This document shows, one piece after another, positions 49,301 through 61,168 of a DNA stretch of 64,000 nucleotides. Origin of the DNA: Azolla caroliniana. Lineage: Eukaryota > Plantae > Polypodiophyta. Below the pieces are notes generated by a model that had not been told where the DNA came from, searched no databases, and saw only the letters and a list, made by a program, of their open reading frames with translations. The position numbers were made by a program, and so were the translations under genes. How positions within the stretch are numbered: the first letter of the stretch is position 1; every line of letters begins with the position of its first letter. Where the stretch lies: NCBI GenBank assembly GCA_043228905.1, contig JBHGNT010000005.1, positions 6,138,001 to 6,202,000 on the forward strand. The letters are read 5' to 3'.

Positions 49301-51347
49301 CCATCGGAAAACAAAGGCAAATCGTTTTGAACTGGTTGGGGAGAAGCATCCATAGGTACAGCTTCAGAATCTGTGAAGTGTATGTGTGGCATACCACTCA
49401 CATCCATCATGTTGTCTTGGGGAGCTTCAACAGAATGAGAGTCAACAGATGCAGGCAATACCCACGAAGAATGCAAAGGAATCTCTCCATTTGTATCAAT
49501 AGGGTTTCCTAATTGCATAGAATCAGGAAATGGCTGCTGTACTGATGTTAGAAAAATTGCAGGACAGGGATATTGAAGATAACCTGCTGACGTTGCAAAA
49601 GTCATAGGGCAATCAGGAGCATCCAAGCCATTTACCTTCACAATAAGCAGCACTACTGTAAAAAAATATGAAAAAACAAGACTAACTGCTTTATTTCATA
49701 AATTACCAACAATGTGATGCTGACCTCAGCTGTTAGTAACAATGGAGCACCATGAGGGTGAAAATGCACAGCACGAAGTGAACGCCGTGTTTTCAGCACA
49801 ATTGCAGGTGATGCTACTTCCACTTCCCGACTATTGTATTGCCAAATGTAAAGCTGAGTGCACATAGAAACAAGACAAAGACAAGAATAAAATGATAATA
49901 GAACACTGTCAAAAACAGATAAGATTGGCATGAGAAATATAACATGAGGGAAAAGAAAGGCGAAATCTTTACCTTGTGACCTGAAGCAACGGCAAGAAGA
50001 TTTCCTTGAGCATGAAATGCAATTGAGGCAATGGGCCGATCTGAAATCAAAGCAATACATATACCAGCTATAAATACAGAAGATATAATAAGCAGTTGCC
50101 TATCTCTAGCATAGAACTATTCCAACAAGAGGAGAAGCTTACTAAAATCATGTGACGCAATGCAATCAGCTGTGTTTGCATTCCATATCTTCACTTCATT
50201 ATCAAGGCTTCCGCTCGCCAATATATCAGATTGGTTTGGATGAAACCTTACCTATATTATGAAATGACTCGTTAGCGTAGTTATCAACAGTTACCACATC
50301 AGGAACCACTCATAATTTATTTCCAAATATGAGTGCTCCGTCGAAATATTGAAATAAACCTATGTGAACAGCCCTGTTTTCAATCCTTCCTGTATGGCAT
50401 GGTTTACTCATCTAACAGTACAATGAGGATTTTCTCATATTTTTGGACATTCTATCATTATGATAGGAAGGGACAGTTGAACAATATTTTAACCACCTGA
50501 ACAATGTTTTATCTAGCTTTAACAATAGCTTAGAGATCAACCACAAAAATGTCTTTATTTGAAAGATGATGTTTTCAATAAGTTGGACACATTGGTTCTT
50601 AAATTTATTTTCCCTTTTTTGGTTTATAGAAGTGAAATGAGAACCGCTACAGCATTGGTATGATTCATAATTTTTACACATAAAATTAAGCTCAATAATG
50701 TTCTTAAAAATGCATTTATGCTCACCACCCAGGGCGTTCGTCGATGGCCGCCTAGTGTCTTATGGCACAATCCTGTTTTGCAACTAATGAGTTTCACAGT
50801 ATGGTCACCGCTGCCATATCAAATTAACAATAAACAAGAAGAAAAAAAAGTGGAAACAGTAAAGTTATCCAAGTATTCAACAGCCATACTGCGTTGATGC
50901 GAGTATTGTTCCATCTGGACTGAATGCTGCAGCTATTGTAGATCTAGGAGCAGGCTGAAGAGGACAATATTTAGCTGTGCAATTTCTTAGTGATTCTGCT
51001 TCCAACCTGAGAAACATAGTACCAGCTGTATCAGCTAAAGAACGCCTACCAAAATACACAGAACTGAAATTCCTACCAAATTATCACACACCATGCTATC
51101 AGTGCATGTTTTGCACTGACTGCTTCATTCCCTTGGCTACATCTAGTTGATTCTGCCCAGAACTTCCGGTATCCTTGTCTCACAACAGGAGATATCTCTC
51201 TCCATAATAGGAGTCTTGTTACATTTCGCCGGCTATATTAGAAGCATACAGTTGATTAATGGTCACCTTTAAATCATTGAAGTCTATTTGCAGACACACA
51301 CAGACAGAAAAAAGGGTTGTATGCTGCGGAATACCAAAGGTACATTG

Positions 51348-51385
<38 letters not shown>

Positions 51386-51514
51386 TTGGACTTACGAATG
51401 GCTTCTGCCAGTATATGAATGGTGGCGAGATAATGATGATGCAGCTTGCAAATTTGAAGAACTGGTGCTTGGCTGGTGCTCAGAAAGTTTTCTAATGCCT
51501 GAACTTGACATCAT
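46363..51514 (-). CDS. WD40-repeat protein, plant AMBRA1-like/transducin family, ~847 aa, 13 coding exons
   Basis: Exons 51514-51396, 51232-51092, 51006-50890, 50810-50726, 50251-50143, 50040-49973, 49853-49725, 49635-48452, 47953-47747, 47363-47303, 47202-47089, 46951-46838, 46458-46363 (2544 nt, in phase). Motifs PRSTIAAAFSPDG..LASTHGDHTVK, GHRRTPWVVRFHP, LASGSLD, AELPCTVKLRIW, HAVLCSEMGAHFSPCGRFLAAC, EDEVNVACFHP. Start codon and last exon are less certain. Confidence 0.87.
47459..47718. mobile_element. Mutator-like MITE in a WD40 intron
   Basis: ~55-bp imperfect TIRs (GGGGAAATCTCTGAAATAC...TCCAAATGCC vs reverse complement GAGGAAAAACTATAAAATAC...CCCAAATGCC). Degenerate 9-bp TSD GAGTTTATA / TAATTTATA. 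Confidence 0.6.
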
Positions 51515-54500
51515 ATATGTAGAGGCTATGAGTGCACAGCTACAAACTGTAGTCTAAGATGCAATAGAGCAGGGAAGCACCCAAACTCTGTACAAATTTT
51601 TGGCTCTGTCATTAATAAACACAGCATCAGAAATTTTCTAACCATAGATAAAACCATATACACCTTCGATATAATCAATTTAAGTCCAACGTATACATTT
51701 ATCTGGTGATATTGAAATAACACTACTGATGATTCGAAAAGAAAACTTAATTAAGTGAAATAAAACATATGTTTAGAAATGTGTATGGCAAGTGCAACTG
51801 CTACATCTTGAAAGTTGAGGTCAAGAAGAGCAAGATAAACAACTGCATCATGCAAAGAATGGCCAGATTTATGCAATTCCAACTCATGCCATCATCCAAA
51901 GAGAGTGAAACATTTTAATTTTTTACCACATTTTTCAGTGAAGTGCCATGAACCAATCTACCATATATGTCATAGACGGTTGTAAGATTAATTTATCCAT
52001 CCAATAGCAAACAAAACCAAAAAAACTCACATTTTTTAAATGAACTTACAGTTTTTAACGTTAAATAGTGAAGTTACTCTTGTGATAAGTAGAACATAAG
52101 ACTATATACACAAACCCAGATATGAAGAACCAGATATCACTTAAGACTTACTAACATTATGCATAACTAGCACTAAGGCATTAGGTTCACCAACATTGAG
52201 CAATGGGTATTGATGGCCTCTAACACCATATACAAGCACACAAAAACTAAGTCATCAATGATTCTAATATTTAGGTATAAAAATGCCCTGAAACATATCA
52301 CAGCGTGTAAGAAAGGAGAATATAGTTTTTGTCGACATGTACAGGTGGCCATGCCAATTTCTGCATATATACATGCATGAGCATGTGTCGAAACAGTTTA
52401 TGTTCTTTGAATCGAACATTTATTTAGCATATAGTTGCTAATAATTGTTAGATTTATGACAAAAAATAACAGTGCCAACATTTATAACATGAACATAACA
52501 TAGACCATTCCACACAGATTACTAAGAAAACTTCCATATTATTTGCTCGTAAATTAGGAACTTAAGATAATGGTAAATAACCTATAGTATTATTTAGGGA
52601 TATATGTGTATTATGTACAGTATCTAGTAGAATATATGTAGGGATAGATATGTAGTATGTAACACATAACAGTATTATATAGGGATATCGATGTACTATG
52701 TGAAGTATACACTATATAGCTCTACTAGATACTCCCATTCTATCCATGAGGAGGCAGCATGTCCATATATTTCATTCTATACCCTCTGATTACTTCGGGA
52801 TGGCTTTAACTACATTTTAGCTGGCTTCGTCATTGTACTACCCAGGGCATCCCATTTAGATTTTCTGGAGCTGCTACATCTCATCATCCTTGAACTGGAA
52901 AGTGCTACGATTCTTGTACTTCTTTTGTGCCTTTTGCAACACAGACGAACATTCACTTTAGTACATGTGATTTTGTCTCCCAGTAAACATTAACTCAAAT
53001 ATAGTGACATTCACCACTTGTTTCACAAGGTCCTTAAAAAAACCAAAAAAGGATGTCGCCACTTTGTGGTTGTGCGCAGATGCAAAGAAATAGCATGGTG
53101 AACCAAAAAATCTCCATGTCAGAAATGACGGTTTCTTAGGAGCTACTTTTACGTAGTCTGTCATAGAAGAGGCAGTTTGGCGACATTCCCAATACGTCAA
53201 TGAAACTTAGCTTATGCATTCTTTGCTCATTTTCCTCTTCTGCAACCAGGCAGAGTTGCTAATATGTTATTTTCTAGCGTTAATTAAAAAGTTCAATATT
53301 TCTGATACTAAAATCACTTCAACATCTAATTTGTCTAACGCCTTCTTTACTTTGCAAGAAGTAGCACTCTCCTAAATCCTCCACTCATCTTCCCATGCCC
53401 ATCTTGTCGCTTATCTTATGATTTGCCTAATGGGTTCTGAAACTTCTGTAGTCCCCTCTAATTCAGCATATTTAGATTCTACATCAGAATTCAGCTTATT
53501 GGGAGAAGAGTGTTTCAATGTGTGGTCACCTCAAATATGTGTCTCTCATACCACAACCAAAGGAGAACCAACAAAGCCACCTAATGCAGAACTACACAAA
53601 CTGTATACTACAGAGAAAACAAAAACATTGCATCGTACATGACGCTGGCAAGCATTACATATCGAGGCGAAAAAGCATATCCAAAAACAAGAAACAGACA
53701 CTGCAATCAGCAAAAAAAAGCACAGCTGAACACTTTTAGAAAACAGAGTCAAATCGAACATCAAAAGCAGAAGATATACAGATTGATCACATTGAGAAAC
53801 ATTACAACGTTATGCTCAGATCATGAAAATAGCATATGTCGACAGGAAACAAACACTGTGATTGGAATATCATATCAAAGGCAAAAGATACAGAATTAAA
53901 CTAGGTAGGAAAATTACTACATAGATGAGCTGAACAAATTTACTCATTCTATAAAGAAATCGGTATCAGATATCAGCATATATAGTCAAGTCAGAAATAA
54001 TTAAAAAAAGTAGAACACAAAAACAAACACTGTAATATCCAAAATGTCTTTCCGACAAGCATTTTAGGGGAGAAAACGGATCTCAACAATAAGCAAAGCA
54101 AAATATAAAACAAAACAAAAAATACTGTACTGACATTTTTTATAAAAGTCAAAACAAATCTACACCACAAAGAAAACCAAACATTACATGGCACAAGAAA
54201 ACAGGTACAGAAAAATGAAAAAGAGAAAACATGCGCAGAAGAACAGTACAAAAAAATCAAAAGAAATAGTAGAATATAATCAAGCATCGAAAGGAAACGT
54301 AAACATAAGCAATTTCATGTGAAGGATACTTTGGAGAGCAAAATGGAGCTCAATCTCAAAAACGTAATCGCTATGAACAAATTTACTCTAAAAACAATAT
54401 ATATATATATATATACCGTGGACTCACATAGAAGATCACGTGAGAAAACTAGCATATGCAGAAATAGTAGATCAGAAAAACCCAACACCTGTGGGAAAAC

Positions 54501-55635
54501 CGAAGCAAAAATTTACTCTACAAAGTGTAAACAATATATAACATAGAAATAGTAGACCACATGGAAGAGAGAGAACCAATGAAAGCAAAGGAAGAATGAA
54601 ATATCAAACAGATAGAAAATGCTAAGAAAATCGAGTGTCAACAAAAGGCAAAGAAATATAATAAGATATCAGAGAAAATAGGAGGAAAGCTTACCAGCAT
54701 CAGTAGGTCAGGATCATTCTCGACGAAGAAGAAGAAATCCCAGTCGACCAAGAAAAGAAAAACGTGAGCTTTGAGAAGCAAAAGAATCGAATCGAACAGG
54801 AAGCAGCTTCGAGAGAGACACACACACAAATAAAAAAGACCAAAGAAGGAATATGACGGATCTCTCTTTCGATCGTTGCTTCTGTTTCTCTTGTCTTTTC
54901 TTCTTTCTGTCTTTCTTTCTCTGCCTCTCTCTTTCTTCCGTTCTTCCTTTTTTTCCTTTCTTTCTTCTACTACACTGTGTCTCTGAGCTTCTGATCGATC
55001 GATCGATCGATCAGTTCTGTACGTGTCTTCTGCAGTGATTCGAAGAGAAGGAGGGAGGGAGGAGATCGCCGAGTATCAATCAATCAGTGAAGAGAAATGT
55101 GTACTGACTGTTGGGGGCTGTGGGGCCGGACGGACAGATGGACGGACGGACGGACGGACGGACGGACATATGCTGCCCGTCTTTTGGCCATGCTAACCTC
55201 TACTGAATTACGAGCTCCTCTCGGAGACATCCCATCCCATCCCATCGTAACTAAACCTCTTCTTCGAATTGTGCCTATGTTCTTGTGGAACCGTATGGAT
55301 GATCGGTGCTACCGCCTCGACAAGCAGAGAATCGTCGAGAACCGGCGATCTACGATCTTTTGAGGAATGAATGGGTTGTACCTTCTGCCCCCCCCCCCCC
55401 CCCCTGCTTGTGTCTCGAATGGGTTTCGGTTGCAAGGATGTTCACGTTCGATTTATGGTTACGTTAGGTAATGTGGTTTATGTTTTACATAGTAATGCTA
55501 GATTGACCATAGAGAAATCTGATACTTTTGACACGTTGCCACTATAGTAAGGATGTGATTGCAAATAGAACACACTATAGGGAACTGACAAAACTAGGCT
55601 TGCCTAGTGTGCACTCGTTAAGACTAAGTATTTCT

Positions 55636-55642
<7 letters not shown>

Positions 55643-55695
<53 letters not shown>
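55643..55695. repeat. (GT)n microsatellite
   Basis: Directly visible. Confidence 0.95.
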
Positions 55696-55696
<1 letters not shown>

Positions 55697-55869
55697 TTTT
55701 GGGGAAGGGGGAGGGGGAGGGGGAGGGGTGGCAAAGAGAGAGACATTTGAATTGGTGTGTAGGGTGGGATTGAGTTTGTAGTTGTCATAGAATTAAGATC
55801 CCTAGAAGGGTTCTATACTTTTTTGTAAGTTAGTCATGGTGGTGTGTTTTTTATTTTATTACAGGAGAT

Positions 55870-56400
55870 TGACTATGATCTCAACAAACAATGCTTATGA
55901 CAAGTTGATTGACATACATAAGTGGATGGAAGAAAGGGTTATAAAGATATGGGGTTTTCGTAAGCTCATTACCTGGTGGTTTCATGTGATCAAGGCATGT
56001 TTGTGTTCCTAATTGATGCTACGCGCTAAGGTATTCATTTGGAGAGTTATGGTTGGAGCTTTACCATTAGGGGATGCGTTCAAATTTTTTTTTGCTAAAG
56101 GAACATATTTCTTTTGTTTAGTGGAATTGGAACATAATAGGCATTGATTTTTTTCATGCTTGATGGCTAGGATGGTTTGGAGGTGCATCAATTTAGTGCG
56201 GATGTCTCTAACTGGAGTAAGCCTATCTTCCTTCAGTTGGGTATTTGCACATATGGAGAACAATGAACCAATGCTTCATTTCCAAATTATTTTTGAGTTA
56301 TTGAGGTATTGGGGACTGTGGTTCAATTGGAATATGCAGAATGCCTTTCGTTTTGATTTGCAAGTTGGGATGAGAAAATATGTTGTAAAGTGGAAAGGAC
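55870..56400 (+). pseudogene. Degenerate PPR-like relic, homologous to the split relic at 17.4-30.0 kb
   Basis: Conceptual TMIS..AYDKLIDIHKWMEE...FHVIKAC and AKVFIWRVMVGA resemble PPR repeat consensus. Nucleotide similarity to the reverse complement of 29824-29980, 24083-24267 and 17650-17743. Confidence 0.4.
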
Positions 56401-56699
56401 TTTTTTCGTGGCAATTGACAATGATGGAGAAGTCGCGAAATCTCAAACATGAAGAGAGAGAGAGAACTTTGCAAGGTCACATATCATCATATTCGACATT
56501 TGAATTGGCGTGTACCGTGGAATTGATTGAGTAGTCGTAGTAGTATTTAGCCCCCTAGAAGGGTTCTATGCTTTGTAGTCATGGTGGTGTTTTTTTCTTT
56601 CATTATGAAAACCATTATTTACAGAAAAAAAGATTTTATTATTGTCTTCATAGGTCAAATATGACCTATGAGACCAAAAATATTACATTTCACCTAATA

Positions 56700-58330
56700 C
56701 ATGTGAATGTGAGTAATGGAACTCAATGTTTAAGAACTTCTACAAATGAATGTTGCAATTGAGAGTGCACATTGTGACTTTGAGAGAAATTCATGCAAGG
56801 TTTGTGTTTGGTAAAAGATGTGTGGAAAGCATAGTCGAACGTGATTAAAAACAAAGCATCGTATAGAAGTGTCATACTCAGAATCCTAAACTTGTTTCGG
56901 GCAAAGTGTGCATAGTCGACTTCTCCCATCACTTGTGTCCAACGCCTCGTCTCACATCACAATGCATGTGAGCTAAGTCTCATGAAAGCAATGGTTTGGA
57001 TTGCAGACAATGGAATGACTCTAACATGTATCGATGTGTACAATTTCCTTAGGCGAAGATTTTGGTTTTGTAGTTAGGTGTAACATACTTTGTATAATGG
57101 GTGAGGTGTGAGCCTCCACAATTTTTCCCATGTCATGATACATTGGCATTGCAAAAAGGCCTCTTTTATAGATGAATCTAGTAATGCATTGTGAAACAAA
57201 GTGTATTGCATCACATATTCTAAACTATTTTTCCATATCTTGCATCCAACCGGAACACGAAAATTTGCTTTTATGTGTCTTTTAGATCTTTTTGCATTCT
57301 TCCCATGTGATTCTAAGGAGGCAATGTGAGGGACTTATTTGAGCCTTAAGTATACATGTATTCAACAACACTTTCCATAGCCATGATCTCAATTGGAAGT
57401 GATCCTGTCTCGTGAAATAGGATGGTGTATGTCGTTTGTTTCTTGGCTTGGAGAAACTTTGTAAGAAAATGCTATTGGACATTTTCAAAATCCTTCCAAA
57501 TTGCAAAAATGCCTCCCTCATTCACAAAGGAATCTATCAATGCATTACGAAGCAAGTAAGTTGAATCACATATTCCAAACCATTTTCCCATGTCTTGCAT
57601 CCAACCAAAACACAAAATAATGCTTTTATGTATTTTTGGATGAGTTGTTTATCTAGGACAAGGCCCATGACTTGTTTGATCCCTATGCTTTGCTTGTATG
57701 GTTATGTTTAGATCCTGATCCCTATGATTTGTTAGAAAAAGTTATTAGCTGAAAAGGGAGACTCTCTTTCTAATCCCAGAATGTGTTCACTAAGAATCAC
57801 ACTTGGAAAGATGAGAGTAGGATGGGTGGGCTCAACAAATAAGCATTATTCACTCACACACACTCCCATGACCATGTGCCCTAATATTAGCTACATGGAC
57901 AGAGGAGTTTCTCTCAAAGTCCTTAAAATCTTCAACAAGCACAATCAAATTACATGAATCAACCAAATGGCTCACAAACAAGACCAAAAGATAAAGAAAA
58001 ACTCTCACTTAGCTAAAAGAATCTTAATCGCTTCAACAAGGTATAAGCCACAAATAGGAATAAGACGAACTTTTGTTACTTCCCATGCAAATTTAGGAAG
58101 TCGACTTGAATTACTATTTTGAACCTTACACGTGTACTACACAACCTTTCTATGTCCATGATCTCAATGGCAATTGGTCTTGTCTTAAGAAGTAGGACAA
58201 TGTATGATATTTGTTTCTTGACTTGGAGAAACATTGAAAGAAAATTCATTTGAACATTTTCAAACTCTTTCCAAGTGGACTTAAGGATGCAACTACCCCA
58301 CTGAGAAGCATTTGTGTTATCAAAGTGTCA
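56700..58330 (-). mobile_element. Degenerate LINE ORF2 C-terminal fragments (partly duplicated)
   Basis: Minus strand: WKDFENVQ*HFLTKFLQAKKQT...ETGSLPIEIMAME...SGWMQDME...MRLSSHAL*CETRRW...RLCTLCPKQ, sharing the SSH.L.IE.GR...CxxC pattern of the LINE at 2040-2140. Segments 57228/57582 and 57381/58156 are repeated. Confidence 0.7.
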
Positions 58331-58767
58331 AATAAGTGTTTATTGAGGAAATAACATTTAATTTCTACACCATTGTGTGGGTTCTCAAATGCGTAATATA
58401 CCCTATTCACTAGAACAGAATAATACCATAGCAACGCAAAAACACGTCACTATGTTCATTGCTACACGCATTGCTTAAGTATTGTTGGCGTACAATAATC
58501 CCTAGACTATTAAAGAGCTCATCCGTCATCGTATAAACACCGGAGTCCTTGTTGAGACCAAATTGCATATGAATAAACATGCTTCAAATGCATATTTGAC
58601 ACAATTCACATATTTCGTTTGCTTGGTGTGCTTATATATGAGATGAGGCTCAATTTTAAGGCAAGTTAATACCTTTTATTTCCCATCATTTCATTTCCTT
58701 TAATATTGTCTTTCTCCTCATTCAAAACACGCCTAAAAGTAACTTTGTTTGTTCCATGTAGCGAAGG

Positions 58768-58768
<1 letters not shown>

Positions 58769-58841
<73 letters not shown>
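58769..58841. repeat. (AC)n microsatellite
   Basis: Directly visible. Confidence 0.95.
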
Positions 58842-58844
<3 letters not shown>

Positions 58845-60793
58845 GAGTAGAGTGCCAACCCGTGATTAGAATAACAAAATTCGATACAACGAGAGTTATG
58901 ATTCATGTGCTACTAAGGGAGTAGATATATATTTAGATATATGCAACTCAATGGGTGAAGTGTATATACTAACTAAGAAATAGATTCCAAGGTTCTTTTC
59001 TATAGAATATTTTATATGAAACCATTAACCCATCTACGATTATTAGTGTACACCTTTTTCATTGACTACACATGTGAGGGTTGTTGGTGCTTGTTCACAC
59101 CTAACAAACATCCCCTCTCTCTACCTTAATGCTCAAATTTATTTTTTCAATAATAACACGTATTTGTTTACATGTGTTTTCACCCTTTTACCACTAGTTC
59201 CTTTCGCTCTTAGACTCTTATCTCACAATTATATCTCTTCGCTCGTATCTCTATTCACTACTAACTCTCTTTTCTTCTAGACTCTTGTCTTACTACCATG
59301 TCCCTTTGCTCCTAGATTCTTGTTTCACTTCGAGGTCTCTTTGCTCAGAAACACTTATCTAGCAACACCTGATCTCTCACCTCACCACTAGCTTTCTTTG
59401 CTCTTGGCTCTGTTCTAACCATTAGGTCTCTTCACTCTCGTCTCCCTACCACATATTCTCACAAGCATCACACGTTGAACACGCAAGTAATCACATTAAA
59501 TTTTCGATAATCAAGATTGTAATCACAAATTTGAACTCTCCCTCAGATTTTCTTACTCTCTTAATCCATTAGTCTCAATTCCAAGTACATTCACTATTAA
59601 CCCTCGTTGAGTAGACAATTTCAATTAATCAAGTTTGTAATTAAATTTAGTTAGTTGTCTCTCTCTCTTCTCACTCCCTCAATCACCTAGTGTAGACAAA
59701 GACCACAAGTGAGTCAACCTTATCTTTTATAGCTCAATGGTTACTATTTTTGGGTTTGCATGTACCAAACAAAACAAATTGGTGTTTACGCTACACAAGT
59801 TCAAATCTACATCCTATATGTTAACGAGATGACGTTTTAAACAAATCGAGCTAGCATGCTTCAATGTTTTTTTTTCACATGCTTCATTATGAATACATTT
59901 TGGTTTGGTAGCTTCCTTAATCTAGCCAAATCTTATGATTTTGGCCACTTTGTCCTTGCAACTCAACTGTATCGAGACAATGCATGAAATAATAGGAAAC
60001 ATCAAAACTCCACAATGTTTTTTTATAATTCAGATAGTAGTGTTGGATTTTGCTCCCTCATAATTATTTAGTCCTTGCATTTAAAAAAACATGGGCGATG
60101 TTTTATCAAATGGGGGCCCATTTTTCTCGAACAATACTCAACATTCATTTAGAGTGCATCAATTTCCACATTGGGTGGTACAAGTGCATGTGCTTGGCAC
60201 CATTGGCACTTTGTAACATTGTAAGTCCATGTACAAGAACGGGTAATCACTCTCATTAAAATATGAGGAGAGTTCTTTTTACTCAAAAAACGGCACAACC
60301 TTTCGATGATATAATGTTCTATTTTAAATTGTATATACTTCTATATTTTGGCGTTATTTTATTTTAAATTAGTATGAGCCATAGTTTGGTAAAGAAGTTG
60401 TATTCCCTAACATTTTTGTACCTTCACATATCATATTATGTTTGTGCATATATTCCTTCAACTTACTATAGTTTTACTTCAAAATATTGTAACAATAACT
60501 AAAACTCAAGCATTAATTTAAGCACTCTAAATGTCATTTTTAATTAAACCATCATTATTTGAGAGTTGATTTATTAACGAGAGCAAATGTTGAAACATGA
60601 ATCCATTGAAAAGCAAGGTTTATATTCAACGATTGCAAGCATAAAATGGGTGCAATAAATCATATTTAATTGGAAGAGTAAACCAACCTCTAAGAATAAT
60701 GAGAATTTAGAAGATCAAATTGAAAATACTAAATGGAAAGCATCAATTGAAGTTGATCATACAACGTTATATACTCAAGTCTCAAAGCTAGTG

Positions 60794-61168
60794 TCAAGCG
60801 AAAGGTAACAAGAAGAAGTAGAGAAGAAGCATAGCAAGGAGACCCCATATAAAATTATGAGAGGAAGATTCATTGTAAACTTCTATATCATTAGAGGGGG
60901 AATCATCACAATCATCAAATTGATGAATGAAATATCGAGCATCATGTGATGATGATAGGCATAGATTGTAATCATATTGTAGGAAGTGTAGAGCTATCAA
61001 GAGGGTGATAGAGAGTAGGATGGGGGTTGTAACTATTTGGTTTGCAATAACATAAGCATAGTCTTTGATGAAGATAGTTTGGAAGAAGAAGAGAGACCAT
61101 GGAATCACCCCTAGGGACCCTAGTACACCCAATATTATAAGGGGCGTGATAGGGGAGGGGCTTTCCAT
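60794..61168 (-). CDS. Putative small intronless membrane protein, 124 aa, three hydrophobic segments
   Basis: MESPSPITPLIILGVLGSLGVIPW...TPILLSITLLIALHFL...FIWGLLAMLLLYFFLLPFA. The P-LLL-H-L and WG-(hydrophobic) pattern resembles a plant small transmembrane family (recollection). A GA-rich leader precedes the ATG. Confidence 0.4.
   Translation of the reverse strand: MESPSPITPLIILGVLGSLGVIPWSLFFFQTIFIKDYAYVIANQIVTTPILLSITLLIALHFLQYDYNLCLSSSHDARYFIHQFDDCDDSPSNDIEVYNESSSHNFIWGLLAMLLLYFFLLPFA

Noticed and set aside
57730-58038. Solo LTR within the second LINE relic
   Set aside because: TG...CA ends are possible, but the flanks show no TSD.
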